A stretch of DNA of 64,000 nucleotides from Octopus sinensis. Taxonomy: Eukaryota. The DNA lies in contig NW_021835959.1 of assembly GCF_006345805.1 (NCBI RefSeq), positions 112,005 through 176,004 of the forward strand. Reading direction: 5' to 3'. The notes below the pieces were generated by a model that made no database searches, was not told the origin of the DNA, and worked only from the letters and a program-made list of their open reading frames with translations. Made by a program: the position numbers and the translations under genes. Of this stretch, positions 22,990 to 36,439 are shown in pieces; within the stretch, counting starts at the first letter, position 1, and the number at the start of each line of letters is the position of its first letter.

Positions 22990-23306
22990 TAGGCGCCAAA
23001 CTGTTAATCGTTAATTAACGAAGTTAGCATTTTCAATAATGATTTAACTTTTAAGTTAACTTTGGAAATCATTATTGGGCTAATTAACTTCTGTTACATT
23101 TAACTTCTATTAACTCGAGTCCACTTGAGTTAACTTCTGCTGACTCAAGTTGCTGCAACAATCTTTAAGCTCAAGGACTTGAAATCCAAGGACCTCGTCT
23201 ACTGCAGCCCCTTAGTTGATGCAATTTTGGCAGGCATTGACAAAAAGTTTAGGACCCTCCTGAAGGATGAGGAATGCCAGGTGGCTGCCGCCTTCCACCC
23301 CAAGTG
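22990..23306 (+). mobile_element. Ac-like hAT fragment: terminal sequence fused to a transposase C-terminal piece
   Basis: 23158-23304 reads TIFKLKDLKSKDLVYCSPLVDAILAGIDKKFRTLLKDEECQVAAAFHPK, resembling the hAT RF..L......AA.LHP.FK region. Confidence 0.65.
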
Positions 23307-23332
23307 ATTTTGTTATCATTTAGCTGAGGTAG

Positions 23333-23722
23333 GATGGCGAGCTGGCAGAAACGTTAGAACACCGGGCGAAATGCTTAGCGGTATTTCGTCTGCGTTACGT
23401 TGTGAGTTCAAATTCCGCCGGGGTCGACTTTGCCTTTCATCCTTTCGGGGTCGATAAATTAAGTATCAGTTACGCACTGGAGTCGATGTAATCGACTTAA
23501 TACCTATGTCTGCCCTTGTTTGTCCCCTCTGTGTTTAGCCCCTTGTGGGTAATAAAGAAATAGGTATTTTGTCCATGTTCTGAGTTCAAATTCCACAGAG
23601 GTCGACTTTGCTTTTTATCCTTTTGGAGTTGATTAAATAAGTACCAGTTACGCACTGGGGGTGATGAAGAAGACTACCACCGCAAAAAATGTCAGGCTTT
23701 GTGCCTATAGTAGAAAGGATTA
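23333..23722 (+). mobile_element. SINE family B dimer
   Basis: Same B + headless unit layout as 18886, with the junction at GAAATAGGTATTT. Confidence 0.85.
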
Positions 23723-24439
23723 TTAAGCTGAGGTGAAATTTGACTGTTACCCACCTGGGGGGTCAATAAAGTAAAGTACTTGTCAAATTGTCATTGTCAT
23801 CATCTATCCTGGGCTTTGACAGTCCATTGATGACACTTCTCTTGTGCCACCAATTACTACCCACCCCCCACGCACAACTTCCATCCCTCATTCTCATCAT
23901 CATCCCTTTTCACACTATTTTCACTGATTACTTCCTTTCTCAGCCTCCACTCATCTCCTCTCCTCCTCCGCCGTACCCCATCTTAATACCTCTTATACCT
24001 GTTGCTGTGCCACCCTTATCTCCCTCTACATTTCCTGCTCCACTCTCCCTAAGCCTTGGTCATCTTTCCCTACTTCCTTACCTCTCATCCCTGAGTAACC
24101 TCTTTCTTTCTCTCGCTTTAACCACCCACCCTCACCCATATTGATATCTCCCACCATGCTGCACCTCCACCCGTTTCATCACTCACTACACTCATCTCTA
24201 CCTCCACCTCTAACCCTCTGTTACTCCTCCCCTCACATTCTTATAACCACACACCCTTCTCCTTTACCCTCCTCATTCACTGATCATGTCCTCTCTTGTG
24301 CTCACTTCCTTGCTCCTGGACAGTTTACGTTGGTACTCTTTCACTACCCTGTTTATTTTCTTCTTCTCAGTTACTCCCACCCACCCTTATGAAATGCAGA
24401 GTGACCATCTCCTCTATAGCATCTTTAGATGTTATAGAC

Positions 24440-24557
24440 CAGTATTTCTCAACCATTTTACCCTTGCATAACCCTTAAAATAAATTACATGTCTCGAGGA
24501 ACCCTTGCACAAAAATATCTTTTACATATTTTTTTCATCGCAGCTCACGTGGTAAAT

Positions 24558-24608
<51 letters not shown>

Positions 24609-25116
24609 TTGTTATATATTTTTGACAGCATAATAGGTTAGGTAGGATGATATCTATATTACAATATTATAATAACCAATAATATGTTGTACATCTATAG
24701 TAATATTGTTTGTTTGTTGTTTGTTCCTTCTTGAGCCATGCCCGGTTTCATTGGCATATAGGTTCCCCACCTGGACGGGACGCTGGTCTGTTGCAGGCGA
24801 GCTGCTAAATGCAGGAGGAGAGAGTGAGAGAAAGTGGTGGCGAAAGAGTCAGCAGAAGTTTGCCATTACCTTCTGCCGGAGTTGTGTGAAGCTTAGGTGT
24901 TTCACTCATAAACACACACATCACCTGGTCTGAGGTTCGAACCTGCGATCCCTTGACTGCAAATCTGCTGCTCTAACCACTAGGCCATGTGCCTCCATGT
25001 ATAGTAATATTACAATCATGAAATTAGCATTAGCTTATCTTACTTTTTCTTGGGGAACCCCCTAGGAACCTTTTGTGTAACCCTAGGGTTCCGGGGACTC
25101 CAGTTGAGAAACACTG
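24440..25116. mobile_element. Charlie-type hAT MITE with nested SINE
   Basis: TIR CAGTATTTCTCAAC...GTTGAGAAACACTG; degenerate 8-bp TSD TTATAGAC/CTATAAAC. Confidence 0.8.
24708..24999 (-). mobile_element. tRNA-derived SINE C2 (C-type head, different body, (AAC)n tail)
   Basis: Head TGGAGGCACATGGCCTAGTGGTTAGAGC...GGTTCGAACC; 12-bp TSD TATAGTAATATT at 24696-24707 and 25000-25011. Confidence 0.85.
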
Positions 25117-25596
25117 CTATAAACCATCTCCTTTATAGCATCATACCTGCTCTTGTCCCTCTATCACACTTTAATCTCCCCACACCTGGCATAAAACCAA
25201 CACCCCTTTCCTTAAAATAGTGCCCCCACCATTAAGTCAAGGGGCCTTTTTTCCTTTCCTTGTTTTGCTCCTGTCTTGCAAGTTACTTGGTTGCCTCACT
25301 AGTGCTGGTGGCATGAAACAAAGCACCCAGTACATGCTGTAAAGGGGTTTGTGTTAGAAAGGGCATAGAGGTGGAGAACGCATGACAAAGCAGATGCTGG
25401 AGTTTGATGCAGCCCTTCTGTTTGCTGGGTCCTGTCAAATCAACCCAACCACAGTGCCAGAATGGAAAAGGGATGTTTAAACAGCGAGGAGAAGGAATGA
25501 TCACACACACACACAGAGGCACACACACATTAGGAGGAGCATCCAGCCATAAAAGCCCTGCCAAAACAGACACAGTAGCCTGGGGTGGTCTTCTAC

Positions 25597-25825
25597 CTAT
25601 TTCATTATTACCCACAAGGAGCTAAACACAGAGAAGACAAACAAGGACAGACAAACAGATTAAGTCGACTATATCGACCCCAGTGCATAACTGGTACTTA
25701 TTTAATCGACCCCGAAAGGATGAAAGGCAAAGTCGACCTTGGCGGAATTTGAACTCAGAACATAACAGCAGACAAAATACGGCTATGCATTTCGCCCGGC
25801 GTGCTAACATTTCTGCCAGCTCATC
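25597..25825 (-). mobile_element. SINE family B
   Basis: Matches the other B copies. Confidence 0.85.
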
Positions 25826-26449
25826 ACCTTATTGGGGTGGTCTTCTACCGTCCTACCCCTGCATGCATGAAAAACAGATGTTAAACAATGATGATGATGA
25901 TGATGATGACAACGATGAGAGACATACATGCACACACCCACACACACATAGATGCACACATACATATGTATAGATGCACACATGCACACATATATAGATG
26001 CACATGTGAGCTCACACACACACACACACATGTATATATCTATAATATAAACTGGACATGGGCGATCGTTGTATTCTTTCTTGTTTTGAGGTTCACAGCC
26101 AAACGGCTGGGTGGATTTGCGTGAAAAATGGCACACATGTGGAGACGGGTGCATAGATTGGAATGCGATTTGTATTTTTTTCCTAGCATCCATACTTACC
26201 AAAAAAATCGATTAAAACTTTTTCTAATGGAATTCTCCTCTTTCTTCCACCATTAAAACAACCAGTTGCTTAGAAGCTGTTTTCTGATGGGGTAGGGGTC
26301 AGGAAATTTTCATATAGCTTGAGACTCCAATCGAAACAGGAGACCCGAAATGATAAGATTGAGAAACACTGATATAGATTATGCCTGACCGAAAACGATC
26401 ACAGCCACCTCATCCAAACAGACCGGGTGAAACCGACCTTAGCTGCTAG

Positions 26450-26481
<32 letters not shown>

Positions 26482-26494
26482 ATATATATATATA

Positions 26495-27015
26495 TACGAC
26501 AGGCTTCTTTCAGTTTCTGTCTACCAAATCCTCTCATGAGGTTTTGGTTGGCCCAAGGCTATAGTAGAAGACTCTTGCCCAAGGTGCCATGCAGTGGGAC
26601 TGAACCCAGAACCATGTGGTTAGGAACCAGGAGTGGCTGTGTGGTAAGTAGCTTGCTTACCAACCACATGGTTCCCAGTTCAGTCTCACTGCATGGCACC
26701 TTGGGCAAGTGCCTTCTACTATAGCCTTGGGCTGACCAAAGCCTTGTGAGTGGATTTGGCAGATAGAAACTAAAAGAAACCCATCGTATATATGTATGTA
26801 TGTGTGTGTATATGTCCCCCCCCCCCAATATCGCTTGACAACCGATGCTGGTGTGTTTACATCACCATAACTTAACAGTTCAGCAAAATAGACCGATAGA
26901 ATAAGCACTAGTCTTACAAAGAATAAGTCCTGGGGTTGATTTGTTTGACTAAAGGCGTTGCTCCAGCATGGCTGCAGTCAAATGACTGAAACAAGTAAAA
27001 GAATAAAAGAATAAA
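26495..27015. mobile_element. Two SINE-A copies head to head: minus 26495-26628, plus 26629-27015
   Basis: An inverted partial head directly abuts a full-length plus copy. Confidence 0.85.
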
Positions 27016-27354
27016 ATCATATATGTATAAATATATACACATCCTTGAAAGTAGCACCTCAGAATGACCACTGTCCAGCAATTCAATATTTTATGTGTTT
27101 ATCTTAATCTTATGTACTTCGTTTTAAATAAACTAGTTTAGAACAAATAGTTGTTTGATTTTTTTCCCTCCAATGTGATATTTTTATACTTGTTTAGATA
27201 TTTGTATGTAGCGTTTACTGCTCTATGTAATTTGAAGGCCCCTCAACCGGACAAGAGCCATTCCTAAAACTAATTAACAAAGAGCCTTTGTTTACATTTA
27301 GATATTCTGTGAATGGGTGTGTGTATTTGTGTGTTTATGTGTGTGTGTGTGTGT

Positions 27355-27396
<42 letters not shown>

Positions 27397-27563
27397 ATTT
27401 GAGTTTTTGTGTGTATGTTTGTGTGCACGTATGAATGTGTGGGTATGTATGTATATGGTAGGTAGTTATATATGCGTATATGTACTTTAATGCTTGTATG
27501 TGATTATGAGACAATCCTTAATACATCAGGGATTCCCAGCTCTTCATTCTTCTTTAAATTAAA

Positions 27564-27700
27564 CTAGCAGTATCGCCCGGCGTTGCTCGGGTTTGTAAGG
27601 GAAATAACTATACAGCATTTTTAGAGAGTTATAGCCAAAAAATAGCAAAAAAATGCATTAAAAATGGAAAAAATATGATGGTAAATTTTTTTTTAAATCG
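27564..27700 (-). mobile_element. Non-autonomous Helitron, 3' part
   Basis: Reverse complement of CCCGAGCAACGCCGGGCGATACTGCTAG; same family as 46229-46616. Confidence 0.85.
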
Positions 27701-27890
27701 ACCCCAGTACTTATTCTTTGTAAGCCTAGTACTTATTCTATCGGTCTCTTTTTGCCGAACCGCTAAGTAACAGGGATATAATCACACCAGCATCGGTTGT
27801 CAAGCGATGTTGGTGGGGACAAACACAGACACACAAACACACACACATATATATACATATATATATACATATATATACGACGGGCTTCTC
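27695..27890 (-). mobile_element. SINE-A internal fragment fused to the Helitron
   Basis: ACTTATTCTATCGGTCTCTTTTTGCCGAACCGCTAAGT and adjacent sequence match family A. Confidence 0.85.
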
Positions 27891-28309
27891 AAATTAAGAA
27901 ACACCAGCCAACACTACAATCATTAGAGCATAAAGGAAATTCTTGGTATCTCCTATCTTTGTTACTGAGTAGACAAAATACGAGTTTACATCAATATAAT
28001 TCTTCTTTCTTTGCCATGATGTTGCACAAGTTTAACAGTTTAAAACCAGATTAATTTTACTAAAACTTGTAATTTGCCTGCCTCTTTTCCCTCTTTCAGA
28101 GAGACTGGTTCCTTAGCTATGAGAAATATTGAGTGGCCAATGCTTAAGAGTTAATTATTCATGAAGTACATGCAGAACAACGAAAATCCAAACAATGATG
28201 TATCTATTCATTCTCAATACATACATATCTAACCAAATACCCACTTACATTGTTTAAAATAAGCTGATATCTTCTGATGACGAAAATCAACAATAATAAT
28301 GAAATTATT

Positions 28310-29000
28310 GTATACAGTGCTCAGGTGCACCACAACTTGTAAAAAGTGCATATAAAGCATATGCAGTAATGTACAAATGTCTGGAAAGTGAACAGTAACA
28401 GTGTATGAGTCAGATATATGCTTGCATGTGTATGGAGGGGAGAAAATCAGGTGTAGTGTTGGCGAATCTCAGGAAGCATGGAAATTTTGAAGGACGCAGT
28501 GCTCCAGCAACTAACAACTGATGCCGGCAGTCTGTTCCATGTTTCAGCAACTCTTAGCGTGAAAAAATGTTTCCAAAAGTCATGGGAGCTGTGTTGTTTT
28601 CTGACTTTGTAAACATGTCCATGGGTGTTAGACAGGTGGAGTTTGAAAAGGGGCTCAGAGTTATTGTTAGTAAGATGGTTAATAATTTTATGGGTGTCTG
28701 CCAAGTCAGCTGCCAAATGTTGGAGTTTCAATGTATCCATTCCCAGGGAAGTAAGGCATTCAGAATATAGCAAATGCCTGATGGAGGGTATTCTCTTGGT
28801 TGCACATCACTGAATGGTTTCCAGGCGATTAATATTCTGGGCAAGATAGGGGTTCCAGACTGGTGATGCAAATTCCAGGTGAGGCCGCATCATAGCTATA
28901 TAAAGCCTCAGATAGATAATTGGAGAACGGTTCACTAAGGACTTGGCAATGATAATATATATTCGAATTACCTAGGAATGTATTGAGAGTGAAATACATT
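28310..29000 (-). mobile_element. CR1-group LINE 3' end (ORF2 C-terminus plus 3' UTR)
   Basis: LKLYIAMMRPHLEFASPVWNPYL...THGHVYKVRKQHSSHDFWKHFFTLRVAETWNRLPASVV; matching tail fragment near 31280 (+). Confidence 0.9.
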
Positions 29001-29139
29001 ATTATATAAGAATTATTTCCATTTAATATCATTACTAGATTTGTTTTTATAGTTTACTCTTAATAAATAAAACAACTTGCCTTTTTGCGTTGACTTATGA
29101 TTTGTCAGTTTGAATTTCTTACAAGTAATTTGTTGTTGT

Positions 29140-29880
29140 TGGCATTTTGTTCATCATTATGTTCTGAGTTCAAAATTTTGCCGACACAGACTTTACCTTT
29201 CATCCTTTTGGAGTCGATAAGTACTGGAGTTGATGTAATCTAATCGACTTACCCACTCCCCCGAAATTGCTGACCTAGTGCCAAAATTTGAAACCATTAT
29301 TATTATTATTATTATTATTATCATCATCATCATCATTATTATTTACTTTTAGTCTGCATGTTTGTTACAGTCACTCACTGAGACACACCCAGTGTCCTAG
29401 GGCAAGTGAAGGATAAGAGATGATGGGGAGGGATTATTATTATTATTATTATCTTTATTATTATCATCATTATTATTTTTATTATTATCATTGTCATTAT
29501 TATTTAATTGGTGAGCTGGCAGAATCATTAGCACACCCGGCAAAATGCTTTGTTTAATTTCATCCAACCTTACATTCTGAGTTCAAATTCTGCTGAGGTC
29601 GACTTTGTTTTTCATCCTTTCAGGATCAATAAATTAAGTACCAGTCAAATACTGGGGTCAATGTAATCGACTAGTCCTCTCCCCCAAAATTTCAAGCCTT
29701 GTGCCTTTATTAGAAAGGATTATTATTGTTATTATTCTGTCTTTACATTCTGAGTTCAAATCCTGCCATGGTCGACTTAGCCTTTCATGCTTTTGTGATG
29801 GATAAAATAACTTGAACATTGGAGTTGATGTAATCGACTTAACCTCTTCCTTGAAACTGCTGGCCAAAATGTGAAATCAT
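29140..29880 (+). mobile_element. Cluster of three diverged SINE-B2 units
   Basis: Repeated GTTCTGAGTTCAAA...CTTTCATCCTTT...GTCGAT motifs at ~29160, 29570 and 29745. Confidence 0.8.
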
Positions 29881-29884
29881 TATC

Positions 29885-30612
29885 AGGAACCTGTCGAAGA
29901 GGTAGACCCAGGAAGACATGGGATGAGGTGGTGAAGCATGGCCTTCAAATATGGGCTTCACAGAGACAATGACAGGAGACCAAGACCTTTAGAGATATGC
30001 TGTGACTGAGAAGACTTGGCAACTAAAGTGAGATCGCAGCCACACATGTCTGGCCAAGTTAAGAGTACCCCTGATGAGTCGGGCAATATGATATACTCAA
30101 GAAAACCTGTTGAGTCAAGTAAAACCAATATCGTAGCTGTGGCCAGTGCCCCATGACTGGCTCCTGTACCGATGGAACATAAAAAGCACCATCAAAATGA
30201 GGTCGATGTCAGGTCCACCTGACTGGCTCCTATGCCAGTGGCACATAAAAAGTACCATCAAAGGTGGCTGATACCAGTACCCCCTACGAGCTCTCGTGCC
30301 AGTGGCACGTAAAAAGCACTATCTGAACGTGGCCAATACCAGTACCCACTAACTGGCCCCTGTGCTGGTAGCACATAAAAAGCACTATCTGAACGTGATT
30401 GATGCCAAGCCTGCTTGACTGGCTCCTGTGCCGGTGGCACATAAAAAGCACCCACTACACTCTTGGAGTGGTTGGCATTAGGAAGGGTATCCAGCTGTAG
30501 AAACATTGCTGGATCAGACTGGAGCCTGGTGCAGCCGCTGGTTCTCCAGACCTCAGTCGAACCGTCCAACCCATGCCAGCATGGAAAACGAACGTTAAAG
30601 GATGATGATCAT
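29885..30612 (+). mobile_element. RTE-clade LINE 3' end with ~50-bp subrepeats in the 3' UTR and (GAT)n tail
   Basis: GTCRRGRPRKTWDEVVKH matches the RTE C-terminal G.R.RGRP.KTW motif; repeated GGTGGCAC(A/G)TAAAAAG units. Confidence 0.85.
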
Positions 30613-30617
30613 GATAT

Positions 30618-30809
30618 AAGTGCAGGAGTGGCTGTGTGATAAGTTGCTTGCATCCCAACCACATTGTTCTGGGTTCAATCCCATTGCGTGACACCTTGGA
30701 CAAGTCTCTTCTATAGCCTTGGGCCGACCAAAGCCTTGTGAGTGGATTTGGTAGACAGAAACTGAAAGAAACCCCATTGTGTGCGTGTGTGTGTGTGTGT
30801 GTGAGTGTG

Positions 30810-30845
<36 letters not shown>

Positions 30846-31075
30846 CATGTGCGTGTGCGTGTGTGTGTGTGTGTCTGTATCTGTGTTTGTCCCACCATCA
30901 TTGCTTGACAACCAATGGTGGTGTGTTTACATCTCCCATAACTTAGCAGTTCGGCAAAAGAAACCGATAGGATAAGTATTAGGCTTGCAAAGAATAAGTC
31001 CTGGGGGCGATTTGTTCGACTAAAGGCGGTGCTCCAGTATGGCCGCAGTCAAATGACTGAAACAAATAAAAGAAT
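30618..31075 (+). mobile_element. SINE family A
   Basis: Full-length, moderately diverged copy. Confidence 0.88.
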
Positions 31076-32252
31076 AGTGTAACTAAGGACGAATATCTAC
31101 CCTCTAGGCCAAAGTATATCAGTTTTATTTGGTTATTAATTAGGTTTTTTTTGGCTGTTGGCTTGTGTTTCACCCTGTGTATTATATATGCACTTTTGAC
31201 TATCATTGCTACCTTTTTTCAATTGATTTTTGCTGCTTTTTGTCTCCTCTTTTACCCTTTTCCCGACTAGTTGTAGTGCACCTGAGTACTGTATACATAC
31301 AATAAGCTCATATTGTATTGGTAAACACCATTTTCACAAGAAGCATTTCAAGTTATGTTATTTAGTCCCAAGTCAACAACGATCAAACAGACATATGAAC
31401 AAAGGTATTCCAGCCATAGCTATCCTATGTTTATATGCAAATAGTGGATCTAAGATTATATTACCTGACGTGTCCTATATTTTTAAAACACTTGGATGTG
31501 ATTTGAAAGAGATTTGGCTGCGATTTCTAGCAGATTGAACGACCACATTGAGGTTCCTTCATTGGAGGAAGGGAGAAAAGAGTGGAAGCGGTAGTAGGAG
31601 GAGACTACTACAATAGTCAATGTCCTCTGCTTGTCAAAGAAAAAGAAAACAAAACGTAGAGCAAGGACATAAAAAAAGGAAAGCAAAGCAGAAACATCAC
31701 CAGCAATAACAACTATGAACCAGTAAACAAGATGGGATGGTCCCATCTGGAATGCCTTTGATCATTGTCCTGCTCGATCAGAGCTGATGTAGGGTTCATC
31801 AATAGTATCAATCACAAAATAGTTAGGGAGTCTTTACGCAGTCATTTGATCTGCTAGAAACAACAGCGAAATTCCTTCAAATCACACGTCAGCTAATATG
31901 AACCCTAGGTTCCTTGTACACGAAAAAGGCAGGATGGTCATGGCAGTATTAATTTTGATTAGAGGTTTGCTCAATCAACGTTGACCAGGGGCTAAACAAC
32001 ACCAACAACTGTAAGCTAGAAGGGAAGATTCTATACGTGGTTACTCAATCTGCTAGAAACAGAAGCTAAATCTCCCACAAATTGCTGGCTTTGGAAAAGA
32101 AAGGACTCATTGGATAATGTAGACATGGACATACTTATATAAAAAAAAATAAAATGAAATAAAATAGAATAAAAGGGGAGGGCTATGGTTGGATGCTCAT
32201 TCACGGCTGAACTGGAAATAAACAACACAAGAGAAAAAAAAACACTCATCAT

Positions 32253-32690
<438 letters not shown>

Positions 32691-32972
32691 GGTATACACA
32701 GAAAAAAAAAACACTCAACATACACAAAAGCAGCAGCAATAACAGCAACATCAACAAAAATGGGAGCATCAGTGTTACTAATGACAACGAAGTAGACGGA
32801 GCAAACATTATCATCATTAAGAATATATCTATGTATCTCTGACCTGGTTACACAATAATAGCAACTGCTGCAAATTGCACTGTTATTACCACCATCACAA
32901 CCACCACCACCACCACCTGATTGACCTGCTAGAAATAGCAGCCAAATCTTGAAATCATTACTGAAGGTGGAA

Positions 32973-33970
32973 AATTGGCAGAAACGTTAGCACGCCAGGC
33001 GAAATGCTTAGCGGTATTTCGTCTGCCGCTACGTTCTGAGTTCAAGTTCCGCCGAGGTCAACTTTGCCTTTCATCCTTTCAGGGTCGATTAAATAAGTAC
33101 CAGTTATGCACTGGGGTCGATATAATCGACTTAATCCGTTTGTCTGTCCTTGTTTGTCCCTCTGTGTTTAGCCCCTTGTGGGTAGTAAAAAAATAGGTAT
33201 TCCATCCGTCTTTACTTACGTTCTGAGGTCAAATTCCGCCGAGGTCGACTTTGCCTTTCATCCTTTCGGGGTCGATAAATTAAGTACCATTTACACACTG
33301 GCGTCGATGTAATCAACCTAATCCCTTTGTCTGTCCTTGTTTGTCCCCTCTATGTTTAACCCATTGTGGGCAATAAAGAAATAAGAATTGTCACAACATT
33401 GGACAAAATGCTTGGTGGTATTTGTTCTGGGTTTATGTTTTAAGTTCAAATTATGCTGAGATAGATTCTTTCAAAGCTGATAAAGTAAGTAGCAGCCAAG
33501 TAAAGGAGTTGATGTAAATGACTTGCTCCTCAAAATTGCTGGTCTTGGGCCAAAACTAGAAAGAATTATTATTAGTTGTTAGCACACTGGGCAAAATACC
33601 TAGCAGTATTTTATCCATCTTTACATTCTGAGTTCAAATTCCAACTTTGCCTTTCATTGAACACTGGGGTTGAAGTAATTGACTTAACCCCTGCCCTGAA
33701 CTTGCTGGGCTTGCACCAAAATTTGAAGCCATGATTATTATCATCACTATCCTTAAGGCAGCAATCTGACAGAACCATTAGCACACCAGATGAAATGCCC
33801 AGCAGCATTATTGTCTGTCTGTAAGTTCTAAGTTCAAATTCCACCAGGGTTGGCTTTGCCTTTCATCCTTTTGGGGTTGATAAAATAAGTACTAGTTGAA
33901 CACTGAGGTCAATGTAATTGACTTAGAACCCATCCCACCCAAACCTGCTGCCCTTGTGCCAAAATTTGGA
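32973..33970 (+). mobile_element. SINE-B dimer followed by several decayed B2 units
   Basis: B+B dimer at 32973-33385, then older fragments. Confidence 0.8.
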
Positions 33971-34019
33971 ACCCATCATTATTATTATTCATTAGTTAAT
34001 TTTATCACAGTGAATAGAT

Positions 34020-34147
34020 TTAGCTTGCTTACGAACCACATGGTTCTGGGTTTAGTCCCACTGCATGGCACCCTGGGCAAGTGTTTTCTACTATAGCCTC
34101 GGTCTGACCAAAGCCTTGTGTTGTATATATGTATGTATATATATATT

Positions 34148-34190
<43 letters not shown>

Positions 34191-34213
34191 GTATATATAT
34201 ATATATGTGTATG

Positions 34214-34247
<34 letters not shown>

Positions 34248-35042
34248 CGTGTGTGTATATATGTTTGTGTGTCTGTGTTTGTCCCCCCAACATTGCTTGA
34301 CAACCAATGCTGGTGTGTTTACGTCCCCGTAACTTAGCGGTTCTGCAAAAGGAGACCAATAGAATAAATACTAGGCATCCAAAGAATAAGTCCTGGGGTC
34401 AATTTGCTCGACTAAAGGCGGTGCTCCAGCATGGCCACAGTCAAATGACTAAAACAAGTAAAAGAGTAAAGAGTAAAAGAGAGTAAATTATTCTCTAATT
34501 GAAATATTAAGTACTTGCATACAACAGCAGAAGTTAAAAAAAGTAAAATGTCTCCAAAACTGACCATAGTGTGACAGAAGCCCAGAAATAATGGGGCCAG
34601 AAAAGACAAATAATAATTATAAATAAATAGGAGTGGCTGTGTGGTAAGTAGCTTGCTTACCAGCCACATGGTTCCGGGTTCAGTCCCACTGCGTGGCACC
34701 TTGGGCAAGTGTCTTCTACTATAGCCTCGGGCCAACTAAAGCCTTGTGAGTGGATTTGGTAGACGGAAACTGAAAGAAGCCCGTCGTATATATGTATATA
34801 TATCTGTGTGTGCGTGTGTGTTTGTGTGTCTGTGTTTGTCCCCCTAGCATTGCTTGACAACCGATGCTGGTGTGTTTACGTCCCCGTCACTTAGCGGTTC
34901 GGCAAAACATACTGATAGAATAAGTACTGGGCTTACAAAAGTATAAGTCCCGGGGTCGATTTGCTCGACTAAAAGGCGGTGCTCCAGCATGGCCGCAGTC
35001 AAATGACTGTAACAAGTAAAAGAGTAAAGAGTAAAGAGTAAA
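34020..35042 (+). mobile_element. Two SINE-A copies (34020-34482 internally deleted; 34629-35042 full length)
   Basis: Direct similarity to the family consensus. Confidence 0.88.
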
Positions 35043-35099
35043 TAAAAATATAGTGGAAGACAGACAAACAAATGGTACTAAGTGAAAAAAAAAAAAAAG

Positions 35100-35397
35100 G
35101 GTAGACTATTGAACTGTTTTGGTAGACAGTACCAACTTTCTTCGAAAAGTTCCAGCAACTTGTATGCATTTCTGGAATTTGAAAAATTGTTTCTGCTGAA
35201 ACAGTTTGCCAGCAGTTCTGTTTTAAAGCTTAAAGAATTGAAAGCGGAATCAGAGTCTCTTCATTGCCTCAATGAAAAGGTCAAGCTTGATCCACTTCTT
35301 TTTAAGCACAGGAAGTACTTTAGCATCGCAAAATCTGGGCCATCGTGTTTTGAATGTGATCAGGAAGAAAAGTTAGATAAAGAAGAAAACAAAACAT
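35100..35397 (+). other. Candidate exon or pseudo-exon, strand unresolved
   Basis: Unique sequence with ~100 open codons on plus (LYAFLEFEKLFLLKQF...HRKYFSIAKSGPSCFEC); the minus strand shows a CTAAC branch point, pyrimidine tract and CAG at 35335-35337. Confidence 0.3.
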
Positions 35398-35728
35398 GTA
35401 TTTCATTTATTATTTTAAAAATTTGTTTTGTTCTTTTTTCTTTTTTCGCTTATTTTCTCAATGTAAGTTGTGTCAAGCTCAATGTTGGATGTGCCATAAT
35501 GGTACTATCAAAGTGAATGTCTTGATTATGATTGTAGTGAAAGACATGGAACACCACAGACAGAATCATTGCAAATGACGTCAGCATCGCCTTATGGAGA
35601 GTATACATTCATACACATATTTCTGCTCTTACTACTCTGAGTTCTTCCATCATTTCAAAATCTTGCTTATAATCTGTGTGTGTGATGTCCATATATATAT
35701 ATGTCCATATATATATATATATATATAA

Positions 35729-35789
<61 letters not shown>

Positions 35790-35899
35790 ATACACACATA
35801 TATATAAAAATAAAGATAAGATCGTTATTTAAATATCAAACATATCAAGTGGCAAGCATGGAAATAAAAACCTTCAAAGGTAATAATTATTATTAATTA

Positions 35900-36060
35900 A
35901 AATTATAATTTAGGGTATCTAAGAGATACCACCATGCTTTAAATAGCAGCCAAAATTTGACTCTAAAACCGCTTTAAAAATTTTAATGCGGTTTTAGAGT
36001 CAAATTTTGGCTGCTATTTCAAGCATGGTGGTATCTCTTAGATACCCTAAATTATAATTT
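35900..36060. repeat. 161-bp near-perfect palindrome
   Basis: 73-bp arms with one mismatch; centre GC-T-TTAAAA-A-TTTTAA-T-GC. Confidence 0.95.
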
Positions 36061-36112
36061 ACACACATATATATATATATGTTATGTGTACACACACAGA
36101 CACACACATATA

Positions 36113-36187
<75 letters not shown>

Positions 36188-36439
36188 TATTTGTACACAC
36201 TCACACACACACATATCTTCTGGTGATGTACTTATCTGGCAAGTGATTCGACTTGAGATAATGTGGTGAAACTAAAGCAATTACATTGTGGGAAACACAT
36301 ATTAGTAGTTCAAAAACATACAAAAACTGGTTACTTCACATTATTATTTATTATTTGTTCTCAAGGTTTTGCAATGCATTAACAGCAACCTGATCACTGA
36401 CTCAATGTGATGTAAAGTTTAACACCAAATAATGTTTAA

